The notes beneath the pieces were generated by a model. It saw only the letters and a list, made by a program, of their open reading frames with translations. It was not told the origin of the DNA and did not search any database. DNA of 64,000 nucleotides from Anthoceros angustus (lineage: Eukaryota; Plantae; Anthocerotophyta). The first letter of the stretch is position 1; the number at the start of each line of letters is the position of its first letter. Both the position numbers and the translations under genes were made by a program. Positions 1-11,000 of this stretch are shown piece after piece. The DNA is taken from positions 124,001-188,000 of the forward strand of contig VJWM01000186.1 in assembly GCA_010909165.1 (NCBI GenBank). The letters are read 5' to 3'.

Positions 1-129
1 GCTTAGTGCGAAACTTGTTGATATAAGATTCAACCGTATCATTCTCCTTCATGCGCATAGTGAAGAAGTCCCTAAAGGCGTGGATGAGTGATGCTGGGCT
101 CCTGTCCTTGTAAATCAACATGTGGACCA

Positions 130-3042
130 TCGATGGTGTGTTTCGTCCTCTCCCTCTACACTCCGACGCACTTTATATGGAACTGGAATTATAGACAACC
201 GTGGGGTTCCATTGTCCAAAAGCGATAGCGAAGTTGTCACAGTGGACTTTCGGAAACCATGCTGCAACAAGCTGTGTGTGCAAACTCTCTGCAAGGCAAA
301 CTTGCAAGAGCAGCGCTATCTTATTTGAGGATGGGAGGGCGGAGCAAGAAGCGTTTTTGCAGTCACTAATGGATGTGGATGTCGCGGCGAAACCTAAGGA
401 GAAGGTCATCACACATATCATGGGAACTGGGCGCATTCGGTGTTGTTTGCAAGCATTCGGAGTTTTGCATCGGCGATCTGAGTTGAAGGCGGTATTGTGC
501 AATGCTCCATGGGACAGCAGGGAATCCGCAACCCTCCTCGCATGCACGGGGAGCTGTTGCATGGATGGATTCCACTTTTCAATTCATGTCAGAAAGACTG
601 CCGTACGTCGATGTTTTTCACATGCCTGATACATTTTCCAAATTGGAAATATGGGTCCAGTACCGATGGGATATGACACAGTCCTCCATGAAGTCCATCT
701 CCTATGCGTATTTCTTAACTCTGTGGAGAACCAACTTTCCGAAGGTCCGGATTCCAAAATCAAACCGGTTTTCTACTTGTTCTCTGTGCAAGGGCCTCAA
801 GCGCACTATTCGCAACACGTCTGGCAAGGCAGATCAAGGTTTGTTCCTTTAATCACAAGGCGAATCAAGTCGGGGGGAAATTCGAATGCTGTTCGTTGAC
901 ATGTTGTCGGCATGGTAGGGACCGTGTTTATCCAATCCGGTTTATGGGCGCCGTCATGCCCACACCAATGTTGATAACATGTAGGCATCGGCGTGCCATC
1001 ATGCTTGCAATGGCGGTGTGGCGCGGCAAGCAGCGCTGCATGATCTTTGTTTGGACAAAGGCGCGGCATGCGGCGCCTATGGGTCATAGCTCGGTTACAA
1101 AGGCGGCATGCGCGCCTATGTCCATAGCTCGGTTACATAGGCGCGCATCTTGCTCTGGATATGGTTACATAGGCGCCGGCATAACCGCGCCTATGTCCAT
1201 AGCTCGGGTTATGCAGGCGCCGGTTTGCAGATGTACTTTGCTCCTATTACATAGGCGACGACATACCGGCGCCTATGTCCATACCTCGGTTTATGCAGGC
1301 ACCAGCATGACCCGACCTATGTCCATAGCAATGGTTATGCAGGCGCCGGCATGTCCATACCTCGGTTTATGCAGGCACCGGCATGACCCGACCTATGTCC
1401 ATAGCAATGGTTATGCAGGCGCCGGCATGCCGGCGCCTATGTCCATAGGTCGGGGTATGCAGGCGCCAGCACGCCGGCGCCTATGGGCATATATTGTTCC
1501 CCATGGGTATCGTGCATGGTATGCAATACATGGGCGCCATACATCCGGTGCCTTCCCGCCTATGTCCATGCATGCGGGTGTGTGGCTACTGTGTAGGCGC
1601 GGTGTGCCGATACTCATGTAGGAGTTTTCTGGTCAAATGTGGTGGAGATCGATGTGCAATACTCCTTGTTGTGACATGTGCATAGTTTGCCGGCTGTGCA
1701 GAGGTTTATGAAGGGGCACTAGCGTCTCATCATTCGTCTGAGCGAGAGGACAAAAGGCGCAAAACATCACTCTAAAAGTTATGCTCAACCTCACAAGTAC
1801 ATGCTTCTGGCTATCGACGGCATGGACCAAAAGAAGACCGAGATGCCCCATTTCATTCGATACCCAAAAGATTTATCGGACAATTCACTTATTAATGGTC
1901 ATGTAGTGGGCTGTATGGTGCATAATTACACTTTCAAGGCGAGAGCGGATTTGCATTATGCCAATTTGCGGAATGACTAATTTGCGAATCTTACTATCAA
2001 CATAATTCAAGATGTCATATTTTCATATGAAGGGGTGCTTCCTAAAGTGCTTTATCTCCAGCTTGACAATACATGCCGGGAGAACAAAAATCAGATTATT
2101 CGCATACCTCAATATATGTTGACCTTCAAGTGTTTGTTAAAGTGAAGGTTGGTTTCCTTCTGGTTGGTCACACACATGATCAGGTAGATCAAATGTTTTC
2201 TTGTTTCTCGAAGCTTCTGAGACACAAAGAAGCTTTTACAATAGATACACTGGCGGACATTTTGACAGCAGCATTCACTCCAAAACCGGAAGTGAAGATT
2301 ATAATGGAAGTAGCTGACTTTCGTTCATATGTATGGCCGATCAAGAAAGGAGCAAGAGGATATGCATACAAGGGGACAGTAAAATAGCTGAACAACCTTT
2401 CCTTCCAGCATCAGTTCAAAATCACACGGGAAGAATGGCAAGACTGTGGCCACGTTACTATTGTTCGCAGTAAGCAGTATTCCACTTCACCAGTTTGGGA
2501 ATCAGAAGATGGTTTAGAATTTTTGAACTTCGTTCCCACCATTGCAGTTGGTCCAGCTCCGCTTATGGCTTTGAAAGCGAAAGACAAAAAGGGGCAAGAT
2601 GGAGGTCTACTCCATGTGCAGGAGACGTACATAAAAGGGCATTTTAGATTGGGAAGGTGGACAGCGTGGACTTTGATTGTGAAGAGCCTTCGCTAATGGT
2701 CCACTGGTACAGAACTGAGCACATTGATGCGTTTGAAGGGAAATATGTTGAAGAATTTTTGTTCGGGGACCAGACGCACGACGAACGGGACATGGGAAGC
2801 AGGTGGGAAAAAGAGGATTACCAAAGAACATCCAAAGGTTGTTTGTTGACAAGACTATAATTCTCTATTATGGATTCAACTTGAATGGAAAGAAACACTT
2901 GTATGCTTCAGATAAGAAGGCCATTCGCGAAAAACTAAATCAGCTTCGCCCTTTTCTGCAACCAGGAGAGGACGACAGCGACCAGGAAGCTGATGACGGA
3001 GGTCCTATATTGGATGAAGGAATTGAGTCTGGCGAGGAGTGA
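130..3042 (+). pseudogene. Degenerate DDD transposase, Sola-like/DUF7869-type, with one ~860-bp intron (839-1701); element ends not identified
   Basis: Ordered motifs across frames: HGTAG..AVAWM..ERLP..FHMP; YFLTLWRTNFPKVRIPKSNRFSTCSLC; then, after a GT(839)..AG(1701) intron, KYMLLAIDGMDQKKTEMPH, LPKVLYLQLDNTCRENKNQ and VGFLLVGHTHDQVDQMFS. Interrupted by stops and frameshifts. Confidence 0.75.
1040..1575. repeat. GC-rich palindromic minisatellite (~30-45-bp degenerate units) in the transposase intron
   Basis: Recurrent ccggcgcctatgtccatagc..ggttatgcaggcgccggcatg units; ~75-bp near-exact repeat at ~1280-1350 and ~1357-1430; perfect 22-bp palindrome aggcgccggcatgccggcgcct at 1417-1438. Confidence 0.9.
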
Positions 3043-3849
3043 AATTGTCTGCCAGATGTTTGAAAGGGCCAAACTGTCTGAGAACATGCCCTTGGAAAAT
3101 AGGCGAGCATGGCGAGTAGTAGATGTTCACAATTATATAGTTCTCTATGGGACTCACCCTAAGAAGGCTAAAACAGCGCCGACTTTATTCTTGCCGCTCA
3201 TTAATACGATGTTATCAATTCAAACCGTCCACAATGCTCCCGCACTCACAAAAGTGTCACCCACATCTGCTCATTGTCGTATTGTCCCAAGGCCTGAGGT
3301 TTATTTATATGCCCATGAACTCGGCAGTAAAATGCAATTGTTGCTTCTTGTTATCGTGCTAACCGCGCGAGATGGGAATGGATAGAAGTTCCTCTCTCTA
3401 CACAGGGTGCGGGGAGTGTATGGACACCGGCATGCCGGCGCCCACAGACAATGTGCACCTTCTATACGGCCAGCCACAGTAAAATTCTAGGAAAAAACAA
3501 CCGGCCTGGCATGATGTTGCATTGGCGTGTGCGAGAATACAACCAAGGCCGTACACCTCGTCCACGTTACAAACTGTTAAAACACGTGTGTACTCAACAC
3601 TTCATGCATATCAATATATTTCCCAAACCACTCACCATGCATGTAAAAAATGCATATTACAAAGCATAGCAGGCCCTCTGCAACCCCCGGCCAACATGGA
3701 CTCAGATATGGGCATGTTTTGCAGGCAAAATTGCATTCAGTCTTCCAACAAATCCCTTTGTTTGGCCACCCCATGTCATGAACTCATGTTCAAGTACCTG
3801 TGGCACCCTTTTTTTCCCTCTTACTTTCAAACAAATAGTCCAAGAAGGG

Positions 3850-5910
3850 TTTGAGTGCCCATGTTGCCGCCGGTTATTTGTATAAAGTGGGAAAACGCCG
3901 CTTCCTGTTTATTCCGACGGAAAGAACATTATGGTGTTAAGCCCTCAACAAGCAGTTTGAGCCCGCAAGTGCTTTGCACCTAAGTTGGTAGCAGCTTGAT
4001 AATATCAAGCAAACAGGTATCGTACGAGATCATGTAAGTACCTTCATGCCTGGAAGGACATGATACCATTGGAAATGTTCAAGCCATCTAGCCTGCTTTT
4101 GGCTGAGGTGAACTTGATTTTGTAAGTACTTGCAGAATCACGGTACTAAGTAATATGCTTTGGCATATTGCATATTATAGTGTATTCTTAGGATACAATA
4201 GCTAAGTGATATCATTAGATCAGCAAAAGCTTGTTGTTGGGGCTCCTCCCATATGCATGGGGCAGCATGCTCGGTGAGTTGGGTGAGAGGAGTGGCACAG
4301 GCAGAAAACTGATGGATGAACGCACGGTAGTAGGAAACTAATCCTAGAAAGGACTACACTCTTGTACTATACAGGGTGTAGGCCACTTCTGCACTGCTTG
4401 AACTTTCTTAGGGTCCACCTGTGTGCCTTGGACGAATACCATGTGTCCTAGGTATTCAATGTTGGGCAGTGTCATGCCGTGTGATACTAATCTCTGCACT
4501 TGGGTTTAGTGTTTGATTAGCATTAATTAATCTAATTACTTATCTTTAAGAAAGTAATTAGTGTTAATTAATCTAAAGTGCTTATGTTGATTAAGCATTG
4601 ATTAGTGTTAATTAATATAAGGTGCTTATGTTAATTAAGCATGGTTAGTGTTAATTAAACATGGTTAGCAATAGCTAAGTGGATAAGCTCAAGTAATATG
4701 CTTTGGCATATTCCTTGCATATTATAGTGTATTCTTAGGATACAATAGCTAAGTGGATAAGCTCAAGTAATATGCTTTGGCATATTCCTTGCATATTATC
4801 TTGTATTCTTAGGATATTTACGGCATATCGATGCCAATAGGATATCTTAGGAATATGCCGATGCCAGGGTCTAGTATATATAGACCCTTCCATTGAGGAC
4901 AAGCTCAGATCATAGCTTGTCCTCTAGATATACAATGCAAGGTTGTTGTGAGGAGGCCAAAGCTATGACTCCGAGAGCGATGTGTGAGGAATTTGCGTGT
5001 TGTTCTCGTGGGGAGAGTGTGTTTGTGCCACGATGTCTGAGCTACTCCCTCCTGTTGTTATTGGTTTGCACCTATATATCTGCGTATTAGATTTGTTTGC
5101 TTGGTTGTTGGTCGAGGAAGTGCTTATATGAATTCAAGTGCTTACCTTGTGCGACAGCAGCAAAAACTCACACTTGGAGTCTTGTATGTAGAGTCTTCTG
5201 CCGTAGTTGGAGTACCTCTTTGAGCATTTGTATGTGTTCCTTCCAGGTCCTGCTGAACATCAAGATATCATCAAGATAGATTAAGACCCATTTCTTAATT
5301 AAAGCATGCAGTACATCGTTCATCAACCCTTGGAAGGTTGCTGGAGAATTTACTACCCCAAAGCTCATGACGAGCCACTCGTAATGTCCATATCGGGTAT
5401 TGAACTTGTTTTTTCAACAGCGTCCTTGGCTATGTGAATCTGATGATATTCTGCAGCTAAGTCAAGTTCAGAGAAATAGCGTGCACCTTGTAAATGCTCC
5501 AACAGCTCATCTATCCAAGGTATTGAATAGCAATTCCTCTTCATAATGTTCTTCAGCTCTCGATAATCCATACACATCCTCAACCCTCCGTTCCTCTTCT
5601 TTGTGAACAGTTTAGGAGCCCCATAAGGGGACTTAGATGGCAGTATAAGTCCATTTTCCACCAACGCCTTAGTTTGTCACCTGGCCTCCTCCCGTTCTGC
5701 AAGAGAAAGCTATAGATAGGATGATATGGAGGCTTATGGGGTCTCGGAGTTAGTTCAATTTTATGGTTCACTGTCTGTGATGGAGGCTTGCACCACACTC
5801 TATCAACACCCGACATCGATGATGGTTTACCTTTCTAATGTCCTGAGTAACTCTCAAATCCTACGAACGTGCTGGGGATTGGAAGTACATCTCATCGTTC
5901 CTGATCACAA
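3850..5910 (-). mobile_element. Degenerate Ty3/gypsy (chromovirus-like) pol remnant: RT, connection, end of RNase H
   Basis: SKSPYGAPKLFTKKRNGGLRMCMDYRELKN, FSELDLAAEYHQI, PATFQGLMNDVL..IYLDDILMFS, KCEFLL|PNIEYLGH, WEEPQQQAFADL, KYLQNQVHLSQKQARWLE. Confidence 0.85.
4470..5156. mobile_element. Solo LTR (687 bp) with 4-bp TSD GCAG, inserted in the gypsy RT
   Basis: Starts TGTCA (4470), ends CGACA (5156), flanked by gcag at 4466-4469 and 5157-5160. Removal restores KCEFLLPNIEYLGH. Internal AT-rich gtgttaattaa repeats (4505-4670) and a ~74-bp tandem duplication (~4670-4815). Confidence 0.85.
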
Positions 5911-6319
5911 TTGAAGGCCTTAGAGCATGTAAGTTTTTGTGACTTTCGGTGAGGATGTGTAACACTCCGATATCTTCTCCATGCCGAAAGGGCAAGTTTA
6001 TGTGTGCTACGTTGAGAGGTGTGGTCTCATATGTCCGATCGAAGAGACATCGCGCAAGGCAATGGGCTCCATATATCTTTGACTTCACAAATCCATTTCG
6101 AACAATGGTTGAGAAAGGAAGGGCTACACGCCCATATTTTTTTTCGTGAATTTTCAGTACCCAATTCCCTCAGAAAAAGAAGAAAAAACGTAAAATCCGT
6201 TTGTTTCCAAAACATGGTGGGTTAAGAGTACCATTGAGTGCGCATTTCCGGCCCCGTATTATTTTCCACAAGCAGAAGACATCACCAAATTAGAAAATTA
6301 CACATGCGTTGCCCACGAT

Positions 6320-7885
6320 TTATACGGCGGCCGAAATAGGAAACGACGTGAACTTGCCCTCCTTGGGTTCACACCGGGGTATCGCAATACCGAGTTGACG
6401 CTCGAATTTGCTTACCACAAACTCTTCAGGATTCTCGCATATGGAGATGACGTTGCCTCTCCGGCCCAGTCTACCTGTGCGACCTGCACGGTGCGCGTAG
6501 TGTGGTCCATCAGTGGGCAACTCAACGTTCACCACGAGGTCGCAACCGGGCACGTCTAGACCTCTGGCTGCAACTTCGGTGCACACAAGCACTCTTATCT
6601 TGCGGTTCCGGAAGGCAGTAACAACATTGCTTCTCTGCACCTTTGTGAGCTCCCCATGCAGTGCCCCCGCTGCCAAGCCTCTGGCCTCTAACTTGAACAC
6701 GACGTCCTTCACCGTACGAGCATGATTCATAAATACCAGGACCGATCGAGCTTGTAAGGCATGGATGCATCTCCTTGCAGTATCCACCTTTCGCTGCAAA
6801 GGGCATACCACGTACCAATGCTGCAAGTTGGGGGGCAAGCTATGTGGAGCACTTGCTGCAACCTCTGGAACGCTGAAGCTGGGATCCGCACCGCCTTCAC
6901 CCACTTCGACTACAGAGGTAGCGCTTACAAGAAGAGGTTTCCGTCCCCATGTGCACGCCGCTCTGAGAACGGCTGGAGGCATGGTTGCCGACAACAGGAC
7001 AGTCTGCCGCTCCACTCTGCGCTCAGCTTTGGATGCCATCTTCATAGTTCCTTCATGAAGATCAGCCGGATCTGGAGAGCGTCTCTGTCCGACATGCTCC
7101 AGAATTCTTTGCATGCTATCTCGAAACTTGAGGGAGAGAAGTTGGTCCGCCTCGTCTAAAACCAAGAAACGGCAGCCATGAGTGTGAAGCCTCCCCGCTC
7201 GGCTGATATCAGAAATTCTTCCTGGAGTCCCTACCACAATTACTGGCTTGTTCTTCCTCAAAGCTGCTTCCTGATTCTTCACGTTAGCTCCTCCGATAAG
7301 CTGTTGCACACAGTTGTGGTTGTTCGGACCTAAGAGCCGCTCAGCCTCCCTCACAATCTGCATTGCCAGTTCCCTAGATGGTGCCACAATGACAGCCTCA
7401 ATCCCTCCTTTCCTGCTTGCTTCATCTGGACCGCTTAAGGGACCAATTCTCGAGAGAACGGGAAGCAGGACCGCAAGCGTTTTACCAGATCCAGTGTAAG
7501 ACTGGATAGCTGTGTCGTGGCCATCCAAGATCGCGGGAATCGCTGCAACCTGAACGTCAGTGGGCACTTTAAGTCCCTCCTCCACCAGACGTCGAACGAC
7601 CATTGGGGAGAGCTTCAAACTATCGAACCTCCGCTCAGCGAAAGGGAAAGAACGGGTATCAGCTGGATCTGAACCGGGTGCCCACTCGGCGTTGCTACCG
7701 CTCCCGCGGGTGTGGTGACGAGAGTGACCAGCAGAGTCATATTTGAGCGGAAACAAACCATCCCTTGGGTTCGAGAGAGAGCTGGCCAAGGTGAAGGCGC
7801 GGACAAATGGAGTGGCAATGAAGGCGTTGCTAAAAGGCCCGGAGAAACCATAGGGCGCTGCTGACAGGCAACAAGTCTTGTACAT
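6320..7885 (-). CDS. RH47: DEAD-box ATP-dependent RNA helicase 47 (ISE1-like, organellar), intronless; alternative ATG at 7966
   Basis: Q motif PTDVQ, SYTGSGKT, PSRELA, GTPGR, DEAD, SAT, ARGLD, HRAGRTGR; RH47-like segment GGANVKNQEAALRKNKPVIVVGTPGRISDISRAGRLHTHGCRFLVLDE; S/A-rich transit-peptide-like N-terminus. Confidence 0.9.
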   Translation of the reverse strand: MYKTCCLSAAPYGFSGPFSNAFIATPFVRAFTLASSLSNPRDGLFPLKYDSAGHSRHHTRGSGSNAEWAPGSDPADTRSFPFAERRFDSLKLSPMVVRRLVEEGLKVPTDVQVAAIPAILDGHDTAIQSYTGSGKTLAVLLPVLSRIGPLSGPDEASRKGGIEAVIVAPSRELAMQIVREAERLLGPNNHNCVQQLIGGANVKNQEAALRKNKPVIVVGTPGRISDISRAGRLHTHGCRFLVLDEADQLLSLKFRDSMQRILEHVGQRRSPDPADLHEGTMKMASKAERRVERQTVLLSATMPPAVLRAACTWGRKPLLVSATSVVEVGEGGADPSFSVPEVAASAPHSLPPNLQHWYVVCPLQRKVDTARRCIHALQARSVLVFMNHARTVKDVVFKLEARGLAAGALHGELTKVQRSNVVTAFRNRKIRVLVCTEVAARGLDVPGCDLVVNVELPTDGPHYAHRAGRTGRLGRRGNVISICENPEEFVVSKFERQLGIAIPRCEPKEGKFTSFPISAAV

Positions 7886-8072
7886 CTTTGGCTCAGCACA
7901 TTGCCACAACGCCGCAGTCAACACATCACCACGATCGCTAGACTTCACCACATGAAATGGGTTCATTCCCAAAGCGAAACCCTACGCCCGTTTATTTTAC
8001 TCTCCAACTGGGTTTCCTCGGCGGGCATTCGGAAATGCATCTATAGTCCTCAGCAGCTTGCTTTCAGCTCCT
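7886..8072. promoter_or_regulatory. Putative bidirectional promoter between RH47 and NOMO with telo-box-like AAACCCTA (7977-7984)
   Basis: Divergent ATGs only 106-187 bp apart; motif seen directly, function inferred. Confidence 0.5.
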
Positions 8073-11000
8073 ATGGAGTGGAGATGTGGGCTAGTCTTTG
8101 CAGCTCTTCTGTTTGCCCTTCTGAGCGCGGTGGAAGCTGATACCATTCAGGGTTGCGGAGGATTCGTCGAGGTATATCTGCTCATGGTTTTGTGCATGTC
8201 CCGCTGTCACTTGGATGCATAGATGCGCCGAGAATCGCTTCACAGCCTTTCTATGTCGGCTTGGCTAAACAAATTATGACACGTTTTGAATTATTTTTCC
8301 TGACAATCATCATCCTCCAGCCCAGCGCATCCCTTTTGAAACTGAGAAATCCCTGGGATCCTAAGCTCGACTACTCGCATACCACGGTAATCTCTGCTAT
8401 CGTCTCGTGTTTATCTCCTGCTTTACAATGTCTTTTCACGTTACAGCACTTGACAGCAGCACGGTCAAAACGTCAGAGTCCTTGAAGGGAAATATGGAAG
8501 ATGCCTTGTACTTATGCACGCTCTTCGCAGGTGGAGCTCCAGACCTTGGATGGACTGGTAAAAGACAGAACTCAATGTGCTCCAAATGGGTATTACTTTT
8601 TGCCGGTCTACGACAAGGTAGATCCCTCTGCAAGTGGTCTGTGTGCAGGGATGTGTGCTGTCCAATTGCAGGCGGTGGTATTAATTCAAGATTGCGCCCT
8701 TAATTGGGTTCTTGTGCTCGAATTACAGGGTGCATTTATTCTCAGGGTCAATGGACAAGATGGGTGGTCTTTTGAATCCAATCAGGTCTTTTGTTCCTTC
8801 TGCACGCCAATGTAGTTTCATTCTGACTGGTTAGTCTGAAGTTTGTTGAGCCACGGTGATGGTTTGAGCATGACGATGGTCTTCCTCAATTGTAATCTGC
8901 TTCATTTCACATCCCTTGTGACAGGTGTGATCTAATTTAGTGTGGGGAATGGCGTGTCATGCAGGTTACTGTTGTGCTAGGTCAGGATGGGTGCAAGGAA
9001 AATGATGATATCAACTTCCGATACACAGGGTACTGCTTTGTCCGAGAAGATCTCCTTAGGGTCATAGGCTTATGCTAGCTCGATAATGCATTCAACCACT
9101 TTTCCCTATTCGCTGTATCTATGCTCTTTCACTTGACCAGCCCCAGGTGACTCAAAGGCCTGTTTTCAGGTTCTCTTTGTCTGGGAGAGTATTAGGTGCT
9201 GTAGGGGGAAATAGTTGTCCAGCAGGGGACCAAGGGCCAGCAGGGGTGAGGGTTGTGCTTGTCCCAGGCAAAGGTGAAGATACACTGGCCAAAAGCATAA
9301 CTGTCATGACATCAAAGGGAGGCTTTTACAAGTTTGAGAATCTCCCCCCTGGTAGCCCTGAACCATGCATACCTATGTGTAGCTATGCTTTCCAATTGAG
9401 TAGGTATCTGGACAATAGGCTTGGGCTTATTATTAGTCTACTGGAGGAATTTTTTTAATTTTAACCTGAGACTTTTTGGGAAGGGGAGCATTTATTGGTT
9501 GAAGTGAAGTGACTAGATTTCAATGTAGTGAAGAAACTATGTAACGCTTGATGTTGTGTTGTGAACAGGACAATACATTTTGGAAGCCAGTCATCCTAGG
9601 CTGCAGGTGGAGCTAACCGGTGAAGCCAAGGTTCACTTGTGGCAGATCCTTCATGGAGTGTGTTTTTTTACTTCACAGGGAGGATGCTCTCACCTTTTTC
9701 AGATCTGCTCACCAGCTTTTTCGTATTCTGCTGCAGGTGGAGCTAGCATGGGAGCCTTCTACTGTTGATGACATTTTTCATGTGCCTGGTTATTTATTGG
9801 GAGGATCAGTTTTCTCTCAGGTTTGCACTCTCGTCTGTAAGCCGCAAGCATAGTGCAGTATTGGGAATAAATTTTGTAGAGTATTTATTGCTTGTACACG
9901 GATGAGACTGAGTGTGAAGCATGAACAATGACTATCTAGGGAAATCCTGTTCTTGCGGTGGAATTCTATTTGTTCTCAGTTGAACAAGCTCACTGCCCAC
10001 AAAGATCCACATTCCCTTCACTCCTTCATCCTGCCGCTTGTTATGCAATCTCGGATGAAGCTGGGCAGTTTCTTTTCTCGAATGTCCCATGCGGTTAGTA
10101 CGCTTTCTTTAACTCTGGTATTTGGTTACTTCCTGTTGTGAATAACCGAGCATGTGAGGAAAACTGTATGTCATGCAGGTCAATATAAATTGGTTCCTTA
10201 CTACAGGGGAGGAAACACCATATTTGATGTGTCACCCAGTGTTGTTGACGTTGCCATTCATCATGAGTCTGTCACTCTGCCCAACCCCTTCCAGGTGCCT
10301 GTGAAGCTAGACTTTTCCTGTCCATTGTGTGGCCTAAATTTCATCTGCGGGATTGTTCCTCCTAACAGTGACTTATAGTTCTCCCCTGTGAACTTGCAGG
10401 TGACTGGATTCTCAGTTGCTGGGCGTGTTGTCAGGGGTGATGGTACAGGTGTTGGAGATGTGAAGATTTATGTTACTGATGTTCTTCGAGCAACCTCGGA
10501 CTCACAAGGATACTACAAGCTTGACCAGGCATGCAGCTTCTGTTTGTGTTTCTTGTAGCAGCTTGCATGCACCTCCTGCTGCTGCCTGGATGTTAGAATG
10601 CCATTTATTACATTCTAGAACTTTAGCAGAAGAGTGTTGGTCAATGTTCTCATCAGGTCACCTCTACCCACTACACAATACGGGCAGAGAAAACTCACTA
10701 CAGATTCGGCCCCTTGCAGAACTTTCTGGTGAGGCTTATCTATTTGCTTCCTCCTGTAGGTCCTGTGCTTTTTGTTTTGCAAATATGCCGTGGCTTCTTG
10801 CTAACTCCCAAAATGCCAAATAGGTGTTACCAAACATGGCTTCTATACCAGATATAATTGCAACGCACTACAATGTTTGTGGAGTTGTTGAAAGTATTCT
10901 CCCTGGTGTTGAAAGCAAGGTTGGTGTTTGTAGTGATAAGTCAAGAAGGTGGATGGTGCAGATGTTCTGTTGCCGTCTCTGTGGTGGAAGTCGTAGATTT

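Noticed and set aside
896-1621. 241-aa ORF, and CRISPR-like look of the palindromic repeats
   Set aside because: The ORF is a translation of the minisatellite; there are no unique spacers or cas genes, and the context is a eukaryotic intron.
5912-6225. Possible piggyBac/MITE end (GGG-TTAA at 6219-6225)
   Set aside because: No matching second terminus found.
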